DNA from: Haliotis cracherodii
Taxonomy: Eukaryota
Assembly: GCF_022045235.1 (NCBI RefSeq)
Contig: NW_027266343.1
Span: 56,358,001 to 56,422,000 of the forward strand
Reading direction: 5' to 3'
DNA: 64,000 bases
The position numbers and the translations under genes are program-made. This document shows, in pieces, positions 21,960 through 35,100 of the stretch. The notes beneath the pieces are model-generated. The model was given only the letters and a program-made list of their open reading frames with translations, ran no database searches and was not told the origin of the DNA. Position 1 is the stretch's first letter, and each line of letters begins with the position of its first letter.

Positions 21960-23900
21960 TCAGTACATTTGATTGTTTTTGTTAACTTTAAATCGTATAC
22001 AGGACAGGCGCACCCAGTAATGACAATCTTCAGTATTGCAACCAACCCACATACCCGTATCGTCATCATCTGTTGTCCCATATTCAACACCACATATGGA
22101 GCAGTGGTTTTCATCACTCTCCTTGAATGTTGAATGGTCTGATTTGGTTCCTTGGCTATGTACCATTTCTTTTCCGGGGGATGGGAACGTTACTTCCGTG
22201 CTTGACGTCCACTGGCTGGGGCTCCTTATTAGCCTTTTCGTTGGATGTATTCTAAAATATTTGAAATAGGTCAATGTATACATGCTATTCGCATAACATA
22301 TATCAATATATGTATCTAACTTCGTCACCTTAAGCGTCTGTTAATTAACATTTATCGCAATCAACGTTTATGGCAATGGCATTCCTCTTTCCATTTACTT
22401 TAAACGTTATTCATACAGAGGTTCATTGTGAACATAATGTTAAACTTTCAAACCATCTGTTCCCCAGTGACAGTGCCGTTCCTTCTTGGTCTTCACCTCT
22501 ATGTACACTTGGGAGCCCGTAATTACAGACAGTTCCATACCCTGTGAAAGATAAGTCATGTTATAGTATTCTATGGTATGTCATTTATCAACTCACAAAC
22601 ACAATGAGTTCGTTATTACTTGTGTTGTGGTATTGTATTTATTTATATGTATACTTATGCTGTCCGTTTACCTTTTAAGACAGTGTTGTCAACCGCTTGG
22701 ACCGACCCACACTCCTGGCATTGGCATCCGTTTTGTAGACCTTGGGGATTTGGCCTGTGTGATGAACTTTGCAGGTTGCATCCTGCCCCTTGACTTGCTG
22801 ACGTGGGTTTGTTTTTCTTTTCTTTTTGAATACGTACTGTAAACATATTAAAAATAGTACTGCTTTTATGACATTTATTGGTATAGGTATAATTATTTTC
22901 TTAGTTATTTGTTCTTGGCATAATTTCTTTTTAAGTTATTGTTGTTTCAATTTATTCATCGAATTTTCATATCATGATGTAATCCATAATATTTACCTCT
23001 TCTCCTGATTCGCTCATATCGCCCATCATTCACTTTCACAGAGCTGGTGTCTACTATCTTTCCATTATCCGCTTTTATACTGTTTTGTAGGTTGTTTAGA
23101 ATTACGGAACCAATGACATGCGTTTACGTGGCTTGACTTTGTGTCTTTCTACGTACAATTCATACTGTCTTCACATAACAACTTTAATCTATGTTATTCT
23201 ATCCCTAACGTGTTTCCATACTATATGGTTTTCTTTCTTTCATTTTCATTTTTTGACTTTGCCGGGAATACAGTGCCTTGCTGGTGTCAGCGTGACCTTT
23301 GCCACATTTTACTCGTTTTTGTTCCCTCTATGGCTGTCTAAAAATGTTTTAGCATGTCGGGTTTGTATATTTGTGAATATTTACCTCTTGAACGATGTGT
23401 GTTTTGTGTTTTTTTCCTTATTTTGATGGATGGTTAATATCAGTCGATGTGCTGATGGGGTATCGCAAATGCGAAATTTTATTTTGATGGATGGTTAAGG
23501 TCAGTCGATGTGCTGATGGGGTATCACAAATGCGAAATTTTGGGGGTCCGCTCACAAACCGAAAACACTTTGTGGTTTTACGTTTGTGAAAGTCAACAGC
23601 ATCGTGGCTGTCAATGTATCACGGCGACCAGTGTTCTGTCGCACATCAGGCAAGCCGCTAGCTGATGATGTACAAGAACCAGCCACATCGGTCTTGTCAC
23701 CATTCTCCACCTTCTGTTGGGAATCATATATTTCGTTACACAGTCAGCTTGTTGTCAACCTTTGGTACGTGCCAACGTTTGCCAAAGTCTTGTTTACAGT
23801 GACAATTCTTAAAGCTTATTTTCCGGAATACGTTTTGCAGGCTAAACTGTCGGCTTAGCTTCGCTAACTTTACTCGCCACACAGCTTTCTCTAACTATAT
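21960..23900 (-). pseudogene. Degraded gene with C-terminal PHD finger, convergent with the 18.4-21.5 kb ORF
   Basis: CSICGVEY...WVGCNTEDCHYWVRLSC (PHD pattern with H replaced by R) at ~21990-22110; further coding-like fragments up to ~23.9 kb; acceptor-like tttcacag at ~22543. Confidence 0.55.
23418..23540. repeat. Tandem duplication, 61-bp unit x2
   Basis: ttattttgatggatggtt...gcgaaatt repeated at 23418 and 23479. Confidence 0.95.
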
Positions 23901-24357
23901 CTTGGAATGTTTTTTCCTTCAAGTTGGTTCTATAGTGACCTCGACCAAAGTGGGACCCATCTTGTATCATCACAGAATCAATAAGTCGTGTTGGATTTTC
24001 ACATGTTGTATTGTTACTTTTTATGACTCTATGTGAAGGTGTTTTATTTGAAGTTAAACTTTTTAGGAAAATCTTTTTTTAACATGGAAACTATTCCGTT
24101 TTAGTAAATTATATTCATACTCATTTCCATACGAATCTATTAATTGCTACTGAAGATTAGTATATTTTCCAAACAACACAATGAAACAATAACACGCCTT
24201 CCTATTTGACACAGCATTTAAGATTAACCGCTTCCTAACAAGGTCCTTGACCTTGAATGATACTTTCAAATATGTATTCCTTGTGGTGGAAAAATCAACA
24301 CTGTCAAGCAAGACGTCGACATTCTTGACAGTCATCTTTCATTTGCATTAGATCTGT

Positions 24358-24593
24358 GACCCGTGAAGATCTGGGGAAAGACTAGGTCTTCAGCAATATG
24401 CTTGTCGTAAGAGGCGACTGACGGGATCAGGTGGTTGGTTGAGCGACTTGGTATGTCATCGTATCCCAAATTGTGTGGATCGATGCTCATGATGTCAATC
24501 ACTGGATTGTATGGTCCAGACTCGATTACTTACAGATTGCCGTCATAAGGCTGTAATATTGCTGAGTGCAGCATTAAGCAACAAATAACCTAA
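24358..24593 (+). mobile_element. Family A copy
   Basis: Starts gacccgtgaagatc; imperfect TSD cattagatc at 24346 and 24594. Confidence 0.9.
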
Positions 24594-25147
24594 CATTAGA
24601 TCCCTGACGTAACGTCGAATTATCGTTTTAGTTTCACCATAATCAGTAAACACTCTGTCGTGTCACTATTCTTCAGACCACTATCACTGGATTGTGTGGT
24701 CAAGTATTGTTTACAGACCGTCGTCGTAATGCAGTTATTTTCATTATACAAATTGTGTGAGTGGCGGGTGCTATCGGTGGTACTGGACATGCGATCGTTT
24801 CCGCGAACAGCTTCATGTAATTATTACCACTGTTTGCCTTTCACTGATATCTGAATCTGATAATCGGGGATGAATAATTCTCTGGCGTCAATGTTTTATG
24901 TTGTAAATCGCTGTATGATATGAGAAGTACTGAACAAATTAGTTAAATGCTGAATTTACTGGAGCATCTGAAATGTTTTACAACTGGTTCCCACGTGGCT
25001 CGCTAACCAGCAATAAAGTCGTATTGGCCATCACGAAATTGGTATGTAATTATAATAATGTCAGGTCAAAGTGGATGTGTGTTTGAAGTAATGTAATTCC
25101 CCGAAGAACTGTCATCTGGTAATCTTGACGAAGTTCTGGATCTACAA

Positions 25148-25250
25148 GGGGGTGGTGAGGTAGACTGGTGGTTAAAGCGTTTACTTGACAGGCCGACGAC
25201 CTGGGTACTATCCCCCACATGGGTACAATGTGAAGCCCATTTCTGGTGTC
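25148..25250 (+). mobile_element. SINE family C, diverged 5' part
   Basis: Homologous to 8583-8685. Confidence 0.8.
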
Positions 25251-26159
25251 TTTATACAGCAGCGTAATACCATACACCCTCACCCTTATTCCAAGAGGCG
25301 GCATACTATATCATATATTATCTTTAAAGCCCCATAAAGAGGATAAAAACAGTCGCATGCCGGGTTAGATTAATTAGAATGTCATTTTATAACATACTAT
25401 TAAGTTACGTTTACAGCGCGATGTTTCAGGTATGTCCCATCAGCCTCTACTTACAAACTGTTAACAGGGAACGTTTTTCAGTGATCCAGGGTAAAGCCTC
25501 AAGACAGTATCGAGGTTATTAAAATGACTTTTACATGATCCGGCATTGGCGATGGAGAAATTATGTTCAAGTTTATTCAGGATATGTCATCTATACGTAC
25601 GTCTTTGAATTGGAAACAATTTATAACAAATGGAGAGCCTTCAGTCACTTGGCTCCGATGTACTTATAATGCGCTACAAATGTCTTAAGCACCTGGCCTA
25701 CTTTACGACTTTGCTACAGGTTACATCGAAAATAGTCGTTATTAGCCTTATAGTTTCGCCCAAAAACATGTATACAATGTGGCCACTTAGTGATGGCTTA
25801 TGAACTGTTAAAAAGAAAATATTTTATTGAGACATAGTTATACTTGTTTCTCTATTGATGCATAATTTAAACAGGACAAATTATGTTCACTTCATTAACA
25901 AAACGCGATCCATCAATGAGGGTGCTAACGGCCTTCCCCCTTCAATCTCACTTTTCACCCTGATCCCATTTGCTCACCCAAGATTCCCGAATACTACTTG
26001 ACACATATCTCAAAAGCACAGAATTCAATCTACAATGGCAGAATGTCGACCACGGACAAAAACCAAACCTTCCTAGGTCACAAACATGTGTGGTTTGAAT
26101 TTAAATTAGTTACACAAAATCGAAAAATACCCATACATATATTCAAGATATTATTAAAT

Positions 26160-26277
26160 GTTGAATCCGCGTACCAAATACGTTTATTTTCTTCACGTGT
26201 ACCAAACTGATGAGGCCCGCGTACCACCTAAATAGACCACCAAATCCCGCGTACCAAAAGGAGGTTGGCAGCCTCAT
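26160..26277. mobile_element. Probable DNA transposon end with subterminal cg(c/t)gtacca repeats
   Basis: Four cg(c/t)gtacca motifs followed by ggttggcagcct; no partner end found. Confidence 0.35.
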
Positions 26278-26302
26278 CAATTGATGGATTTCAATTGTAA
26301 TA

Positions 26303-26577
26303 GATTTTTTTGTTTGGTTTGTTGTTTAAAGCCGCACTCAGCAATATTCCAGCTATACGACGGCAGCGGTCTGTAAATAATCGACTCTGTATCAGACAAT
26401 CCAGTGATTAATATCATGATCATCGATCCACGCAATTGGGATCGATGATATGCATCAACCAAGTCAGCGAGCCAGACCACCCCATCCCGTTAGTCGCCTT
26501 TTACGACAAGCATAGTCAACTTTTACGGCAAGCATGGGTTGCTGAAGACATATTCTACCCCGGAATCTTCACGGGTG
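26303..26577 (-). mobile_element. Family A copy, full length
   Basis: TSD caattgtaata at 26292-26302 and 26578-26588. Confidence 0.92.
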
Positions 26578-26595
26578 CAATTGTAATAACATTAT

Positions 26596-26672
26596 TTTGT
26601 ATGAAGTGGCTCAATGCACATTGTTTTCCAATTGTAATAGCAAACAATGTGCCTTGAGCCACTTCATACAAA
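26596..26672. repeat. Near-perfect inverted repeat (31-bp arms, 15-bp spacer)
   Basis: 26596-26626 versus 26642-26672, one mismatch. Confidence 0.95.
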
Positions 26673-26765
26673 CTAATAGCAATCAAAAGAATCCTCAAGC
26701 TCTGTACACACTGCTTCCTCACGTTTCATGATTTCTTTTGACGTCAATCATTTCATAAAGGTAAG

Positions 26766-26799
26766 GCCCGTGAAGATCCGGGGTAGAATAGGTCTTCAG
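26766..26799 (+). repeat. Isolated family A head fragment (first hairpin)
   Basis: gcccgtgaagatccggggtagaataggtcttcag. Confidence 0.85.
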
Positions 26800-28119
26800 T
26801 TGTAGTCGAATCATTGGCAAGCGTGGCGGTTATAATTTTTCAGAATCCAGGTAAATGAGGAAATTTCATCATTCGAGTGAATATCATGTTTTTCTCATCG
26901 AGTGAAGGATGGAAAGAAGATATTAAATATTTCCTTTCCCCGGTCACGAGATGAGAGAATCATGATATATCACGCGACACATGGCATATCCTATTCATTA
27001 TATACTTTTAATGTAGTCGTTTACCAGAAAATTAAATTGTTTCATTATATATGTGAAACCTTGGAACGTAAATTCTTCCTAACTAACACACAGGGACGGT
27101 TCACCCCTTTGTACTTCGCGACTAAAGAAGTAGTTTCGTGTTTGCAAAACCTTTTAAAAAAAACCCCAGTAACCAATGTATCATACATATACATATGATT
27201 ATATACAAAATCAACAATAATAAAAAAATATACTTGAAAACTACGAAACCGCAGTTGGAAGCGAAAGAATACGCGCTGGTGAAGTCACGAAAATGGCGCT
27301 TTGCGAAACGAACAGTCTCGATTGACGAGTTAAGTAAAGCATTTACAGTTTATAACGACACATTTTCAAGAGATTAACAAACGGCATAAAGCGATATTAA
27401 CTCCATTTATGACCATCTGTCATTATTTGCCTTGTCAATGTGGAATTAACGTTAACAGGACGTCAACAGTTTGAGTACGGACCAGAAACTACAATAAAGG
27501 GAGATAATTTGAAGGGAGGCCACTCTTGTATGACAATAGTTCCGTCAAAGTGTTATATTCACTGCAGTGAAGTATCAATTGTTATGTTCACTGCCATGAA
27601 AATATCACTTTTCTCAACTTCCTAGCACTCAGTCTTTCACACTGATATATAAAATAATCATTTTACGTCAGTAGGTTGAGAGGTTTCGTGATAGAAGAGC
27701 ATTTGGGAAGTTTTAAGAAGTGAGCCTGAAATTATAAGGTGTTTTTCCAGATGCTGAAAAACGTAAGTTTATCTTTACTTACGAGAATACTCGATTTTCA
27801 GAGGTGTCAAAATGAATTACTCTGACTCTATAACTATAATAAAAAACTGGTGTTGCTGAGTGCATGCGCATGGTTAAACCACAAAGGAACTTCTGTTGCT
27901 GTGGTAAAGACATGACGAATGGCAACCACACTTCTCTCGGTCCATAGAGATGTGGTCTGTTCTAAATATTTCACCTCACCGCCAAAGCGTGTTTTCGTAG
28001 AAATAACCATGACTTCAGCGGATGATTTAAGTTTGTTATCCTCTCATTGTGAAGCCGGTTTACATGCGAGGATAGGGTTACAGCATTCAAGAGCTTCGTA
28101 TTTTTTATGGTAGAAATGT

Positions 28120-28335
28120 AGTGGACATTTCCAAATTTAACTTGTCTGTGAAAAAATGTTGTGTCATGCAATTCCCTATTTGACTTGTACCATATGTTGC
28201 CGTGTACTTTTCAGGTGAACAACTGACTTTCCATTGCATGTGTTTGTGACGGATGACACGGGTGGGGCAGGATACGCTCACCTTTTCGTCATCACCTGGT
28301 ATGATCATTATATTTGATAGTGATTCATAAAAAAA
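28120..28335 (+). repeat. Old dispersed repeat family E
   Basis: Homologous by eye to 30388-30610, 34580-34790 (-), 45780-45930, 61715-61855 and 62380-62840 (-); shared ttgcatgt.tttgtgacgg...gcaggatacgctca core. Confidence 0.75.
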
Positions 28336-28876
28336 TATGCATATGTTATGGTCACATTCGTACAGCGGACTCAGAGCTTTCTTATGATTATGGAAAGGGT
28401 CGTAAAGTGGGTAATTCGCTATCTACAGTATAAATGATAAACAACTGCCTATATTCGCAACGTGCCACTGTTAAACGTACTGCTACCTAAAGTGTTTTGG
28501 CATCAGTGATGTATACATACCTTGACAAAAAAAAACTTTCCGAAAACTTACATGCAAATATACAAAACTTAACAAGGATTGATTTCTTCCTTTTTTAGCA
28601 AATAAAGAAATTGTCATGTGCTCCTTGACTTGACTTGCTGGAAATCTACTCTGCTCGAAATTACCCAGGAGATCATTTAATGCTGCATGAAAGTTATGGT
28701 TAGATAAATCTTGAAAGAATATCTTGAGAGCTGAAATGTTTTGGACTTCGGTAGGCTTGACATATTGATACAACTCTCTTAATTTTATAAAGAGGTATGT
28801 AACTTCCAAGCTTCACAACTGCAACAGGACAATAAGACCAATAAAAAATGATATGACATCTTGCTGTATGACAGCA

Positions 28877-29031
28877 AGTGAGAGTGAGTGAGTGAATTGG
28901 GTTTTTATCGCCGCTTTTAACAGTATTCCAGTAATATCGTGGCAGTAATATCGTGATTCAGTTCTCAGACGTTAACCACTTCGGTGAAACCCACGAGCAC
29001 GGGTATGGTGCTGACAAACGTGGAAACATAA
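28877..29031 (-). mobile_element. SINE family B fragment
   Basis: Reverse complement of the family B body and tail. Confidence 0.85.
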
Positions 29032-30387
29032 GGGAGTATTTATCTTTACTCCCAAATATCTTCTGTATGCATATACATGCACCATTTCTATCAAATTTAA
29101 CTGATGTACACCACAAACCTCAGCCCCATTCACTAGAGGTGGTTGTATGTTTGTGTCAAAATTTAAAAAAAAAGATAAAAATGTCTACTCTCAATAGATC
29201 TAAGTCATTTTAGTATCCCAAAGAGAATTTCCTTTGCTTGTGTTGCAGCCTGTATTGAATGAAGATTCCAAGATAATTTAGTTGAAAAATGTACTCTCAA
29301 ATATTTACAGCTTGTAACTTCATCCAGATAGCTGTCTTTGTAAAACCATATCTCCCTTTTGTTAACATACCGCCGTTTTTAAATACAATAACTTTGTTCT
29401 TTTTTGTGTTAACACTTTAACCAAATTGTTCACAAAAGTGCTCCAGCGCATTTATTTTACTTTGAAGTCCGGGTACAGTACTCGAAATCATTACGACATC
29501 ATCGGCAAACATATTGGAACAATACCTGGGTGTAGCGCTGTATACCACCTTTGCAATTATTTTGTATTTCTTCTGCCAGACTTACTATACCTGTCTAACA
29601 CCTACATTACATTCAAATTCGTCTGAGTACATGCCATTACTTCTTACACAAGCCTTTACTTTTTCATAGACACTTGAAAATAGTTGCTTACACTTCGTAA
29701 TTTAAGCAAGTTTATCACGGTAAACGGAGTTAATTGCTTCAGAAAAATCTACTAAAAGCGCGTAAGGTTTTCCTCCTTTACTTGATAAACAACGTTGAAT
29801 TAAGGAATGCAACACAAAAATACTGTCTACAGTTTAATACCCATCTCTAAAACCAGATTGTGCCTCATCTATTTTCGTAAATGATTCAGCCCAAAATTCT
29901 TCTATTGATGATATCTAAGAATATTTTACTTATAATATGATGCGTCTGTAGTAGTTGGTATCATTTGCATTACCTTGTTTGTGAAGACACTGCCAGACAG
30001 TGAAGAGTGGCAGGGCGTATTACCCCTCACATTGTGACGCGCTTTACATCCGAGGATGGTAACACCATGGTATTAATGTTATAACGACCAGTGGTTATTC
30101 TCCATGCAAGCAGATATTTATACATGGTTATCACGGGACGTCCTAATCCATATGGTATATTAAGCACACACAATGGTAAATTATGTTTGAGCCATCGACA
30201 AACATAGCATTTTGTTGTCAGTTCAAATAGCAGTTGAAGCTTCTTTCACATGAAGATCTCCGAGGCGTAGTGATCTGATTCCAGTTGTGTTGGTTCCTCA
30301 ACAAATAAACTGAATGAACATCAACAACATGTGACATTTAGAAATCCACTCTGCATCTGTAAATCTTTCAAAACGTTATATGGTAGA

Positions 30388-30610
30388 CATGTGGAGGACA
30401 TTTCCAAATTTGATCATCAGTGACAAAAATGATATACGATGCAGTTCCCTTCTTTGACTTGCACCATAATATGTGTTCCTGTGCTTTTTTACAGGTGAAC
30501 AATTGAATTGTTCTTGCATGTATTTGTGACGGGTGCCACCGATGGACAGAATAAACCTTTTCGCGAACACCTTGTATCATCATACTTGATTCCTAAACCC
30601 ATGTTCATTT
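30388..30610 (+). repeat. Family E copy
   Basis: ggacatttccaaattt...tttgacttgcaccata...caggtgaacaa...tgtgacggg shared with 28120-28335. Confidence 0.75.
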
Positions 30611-32719
30611 ATAAAGTCGGTGTGGCGCGATCGACACTTTGGAAGAGATTTCTTGTGAAAAGGAAAGGGTTTTATCTCTTTAATTCACATATTCAGTAAC
30701 GCAAGTTTGCACTTATGTTCCTGTTCTACACTGATAGATTAACTACAGTAATGTGGACTAATCAAGTAGTCTTTACGTTTTTAGTTGCATATGACATATA
30801 TATCATTTAATGGGTAGGTTCCTCGGCAGGATAAAGTCAACGGATAAAAACGATATCCGTTGAGGTCATATGCGGATAGAGATGCAAACATCAAAGGTCA
30901 AGTAGGGACTTCTTTCAGTGTTTACAAACAAACATGGCGTCGCCCTTGTCATTCAGCGATCGTCTCAGAATTAAACATCGGGAATCTGGAGAAACTACTG
31001 GGATAATTGCTGTCATCAAAAGAATAGTCAAATATACAAAAAATCAGTGTCTAGCTGTAACGCAGCTAAGGCATTTTACAAGTTTGTGCAACTTTGGAGA
31101 CATAAATTGCGAAACAATTTAGCGAGGACACAAGCCTTGCGGGATCAGTTTCATACCTTTGCTTGAAGACCTCTGTGCCTTGGAACCTTTTCCATAAATT
31201 AAAACAGTTGGATTTAGCCGAAATATGTCCGAATTGTTACCTTGTTTCGTCCTGTCGTTGTGGTCGCTATATGGCTGAAATAATGCCGATGCGACGTTAA
31301 ATTTTAACTCGCTCTTTCCTGTCGCTGTGTGTACATCTGACTGCACTTCGTAACACTATGACAGGTCTCATAGAATAGGGTTATAGTAGCTTCCAGTTGA
31401 TAAAGGGCAGCTACCCTAGCGGGCAGACCGATGGATGGCCGCGAAAGGAAAGTAATAACAATTTGTGTAGGCAGCTGTTTTGCCTAGTTGTAGTTACACC
31501 ACTGTATAATAAACAGGTTTCAGTTGGAACTATATTGACTGACAAGGCTCGCTAAATACAATGTCTATTCCTAATAGACATATTTACCACCCCAAACACA
31601 CCCGCGTGATAACCTCTAAATATTTGAAATAAAGTCTCAACTTCTAAACACAGCTTAAAGCGAAACAGCATCCAGTCTACACTGTGTAAAGGTTATCGGA
31701 AAGGCTAATGGCACTTCGCGTCCCATCACATAAAACAAATATTTATCACGCATTTGGTATGTCAAAGCACTTCTTCCTTAAAACATCACTGATATGCATT
31801 TAGGATGTAAAAAGCAAACATTGCGAAATACCGCTGTGCTGTTTTACATATGTTTTTGTCAATTTTATTACATTCTGCTTAAAAAACCCGAAGTGCCACT
31901 ACGTGTGCATGCATATATGTCATGAATTTTAATCTCTGAAAAACACAGTAGTAATCATCCAAGTAATGTAGAAAAACTGTCTATTCATGCATGGATAAAA
32001 AGCAAGCATTACACATGCACATCATTTCGTAGTTAAGGTCCAGTCCTCCCTGGTACATGGTGCATATGTTATGTCTCTTTTAGAAGCCTAGATCCCCTTG
32101 CTTCCACATAAAGTAGAACTTTGCCTGGTCTCGGTGTTTTGAATTTGTGCTTATTTAATAACAGCAGCCTGGGAGAAATTGAATTTTCATGAAATTGAGA
32201 TAAAAAGGTTTCTTTGATTTCAAGAGGATTAAATATATGTTTAAAACACCTTGAAAACATTGGAAAACATGTTTATATATAATACTCTTGAATTCATTAT
32301 CGACGAGTGTTAATACATTTCACACGAAAAAGTATGCGCGGGTGATATACTATGTATCACCCTTAATCTTTCTTTAATGCTTTCAGTTTGTAAACAGTAG
32401 TAACCAGTGTCTTGAGTGTAAAAAGTACATAACCAGCTTCAGTGGAAGACAGATTGGAGAGACATTGCTTGATCTCACTCAAAGCCACCCACAGAAACCA
32501 TTTTCAGATGAAAAATGTCTTTAACATTATATAGTTGAGTGTTGTATTGATCCGCGGCGGTTCTGTAATCTGAGTTATTTGTTTGCCTTCCCTCGATTAA
32601 TCAGTTTCAGTACGAATTGCCACAAGTTAGACAAGTTTTTTTTATAAAGTCTTGTTGATACATGTCGCGTTAATGTTACGTGTATTTGTGACAAAGGAGG
32701 AAGGAATTACATGGCATTG

Positions 32720-32990
32720 TACGAAAGCCCAAAAGGACCATTTTGTTTTTTCTCTTTTAAAAGGCGTAATTACGACTTTTCAAAACTTGTTATAACGAGA
32801 ATAAAGTCGTAATTACGACTTTTCAAAACTCGTAATTACGAAAAAAATCGTAATTATTTCAAAATCGTAATTACGAGAATAAAGTCGTAATTACGCCTTA
32901 ATTCTCGTCATAACGAGTTTGAAAAGTCGTAATTACGACTTTAAAAAGAGAAAAAACAAAATACCATTATGGTTCTAACGGGCTTTCGTA
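32720..32990. mobile_element. Palindromic MITE with TAC...GTA termini and 6-bp TSD (IS3EU-like signature)
   Basis: TIR tacgaaagccc / gggctttcgta; TSD gcattg at 32714-32719 and 32991-32996; internal array of cgtaattacg palindromes. Confidence 0.8.
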
Positions 32991-33435
32991 GCATTGCAAC
33001 TCATGACAACGAATTAAAACCCTGGCTTGCTGATATAGTTATGTCAACTTTGGTTGTCAACGAGGAAATCTGCTACATTGGCGTTTCAATTTCATCCACT
33101 TTGTATATGACCACGCATAGCACAAGACATTGATTATTGTAAGCTTCCTATCTGAGATAGATTGTGATTATGATTTACCGAAGCAAGATTTCCGACATTG
33201 GGCCTTAACCTTGTACATGGCCTGTAAACATTTCTACCTTAACATGGAAGGGTATAAGACAAAGGGCGAATAACATTACGCTATCAGATTTAATTTACTA
33301 CCGGAAATGAGCAGCGATGATGTCTATTTTCGGTTAGGGCTTTGGTAATTAAAGGAATTATTTAACTTTGTGTTGAAAATGGAATATGATTTCAGCTGAT
33401 ATCGTTCATTTTCCTTAATGACACTCTGGGAATGT

Positions 33436-33685
33436 GACTTGAAGATCCGGGGTAGAATAGGTCTTCAGCAACCCAGTCTTGTTGTAAAAGGTGACTATGC
33501 TTGTCGTAAGAGGCGAGTAACGGGTGATCAGGCTCGCTGACTTAGTTGATGCATGCCATCAATCCCGATGGCGTGGATCGATGCTCATGATGTGAAGCAC
33601 TGGATTGTCTGGTCCAGACTCGATTATTTACAGACCGCCGTCATATTGGCTTTATCCAATAAACCAACCAAACCAAACCAACTTA
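33436..33685 (+). mobile_element. Family A copy
   Basis: Head, two hairpin units, body, (acca)n-like tail. Confidence 0.9.
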
Positions 33686-34579
33686 GTTCAAATGTTCCTC
33701 TGTTCACCCAGCAGGGAATGGGTACCCGATGTGTGAGGTGGATGTAAAAACTCTCTCGGGCCCGTAGGCAGCTTTTGTTGTATATTCCCCAGGGAGTTGT
33801 GAATGATAGCTGGAATGCAATGGATCCACTGTTCGAGGGACAAATGAACCACATTTAAGCAGATACTAGAATCTGGACAAGTACAGTTTCTAATTATAAT
33901 ATAAATGCATGTCAGGTGTCGCGGTGTATTTTGCGCACTTCATGTAACCGGATAGAAAAAAAAACAACAATATTCTAAGTGATCAAATGGCCACATTTTG
34001 ACTTTACATTTTAGCTTCATTCGTTACACATCCTCAAGGTTGACATTGCAATTATGGACAATGAGTGCACATTCATCAATACGTTCAAGCCCCCATATGA
34101 CGTCACGGAAAGCTATGCTCATATGACTTCATCAATGAACTGCATCAGTGTTGACAGTACGGGAATTAATCCAGCAATTGAGAGAAGCTGTAACCCGAAA
34201 TTCTGTCCATAATGTGACATATCACATGCTTATGTATGTCCTCCGAGCGGCTGTATTAACTGAAGCATGTGATGCGCAGTGAAACATCCTCATCCGTATT
34301 GCTTCTGAAGATAGGAACCACGAAAACATCGACTTCAACCAAATGCGATCAATACAGCCTTAATCTCTGCGCACGACCTTGACCGGAGGTTTCTTGTGGT
34401 AAATATATTTATTTACCCTGAGATCATATGTAACAAGTGATTTTGAACCCTATGGGAATATATAAGTTTGTACAGTGTTAAATTAATTTCTATATCCCAG
34501 TATCATAATTTAATGATAACACTGCAATAACAGTGACAAACCCCTTGCCATTGCCACAAGAAATCTCTGCTAAAATCCA

Positions 34580-34790
34580 GAGTCGATTGTACGATTCCGA
34601 CTATATCATGAGCATGTGTTTATGAGTCACTATTAAATGATGTCAGGTGTTCGCCATGAGGCGGCATTCGTCACAAACACATGGAAAGGCAAGTCATTTG
34701 TAGGTCTACAAAACACGGGGACACATGGTACAAGTGAAAATATGAAATTGCAATGGACATCATTTATCTGGAAATGTCCTCCACACGTAC
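34580..34790 (-). repeat. Family E copy
   Basis: gtcgattgtacgattc.gactatatcatgagc is the reverse complement of ~61823-61854; cgtcacaaacacatg and ggaaatgtcctccaca match the other copies. Confidence 0.75.
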
Positions 34791-35036
34791 GCGTGCATCA
34801 TTAAAAAACCTTGATCAAATAACTTTTGAAAACAATTCGTGTGACGCACAGTGAAATCTTAGTAACATGTTGGAATATTGCTCGACATTACGGGAACGTT
34901 GCCTTTCGGAAATTGTAAATCACCCTATTTGTAATACAGTCATGTTGAGAGTGTTTTCTCATACTGAATCTTAATGCATAGAGCTAAATATGAAACCGAT
35001 GAAGTGGTCTCAGTAGTCTCCTCTATATCTAGTTCA

Positions 35037-35100
35037 ATTAGCCGCGAATAGCTGGAATATTGCTGATGCGGCTTAAAGCAACATTTACTCACTCACTCAC
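35037..35100 (+). mobile_element. Severely 5'-truncated SINE (tail only)
   Basis: gctggaatattgctgatgcggc plus (ctca)n; TSD tctagttca at 35028-35036 and 35101-35109. Confidence 0.8.

Noticed and set aside
26830-27660. Possible non-autonomous element with related ttcac/gtgaa motifs at both ends
   Set aside because: Could not define termini, TIRs or a TSD by eye.
32760-32945. CRISPR-like array of palindromic repeats
   Set aside because: No unique spacers; eukaryotic context; enclosed by TIRs and a TSD.
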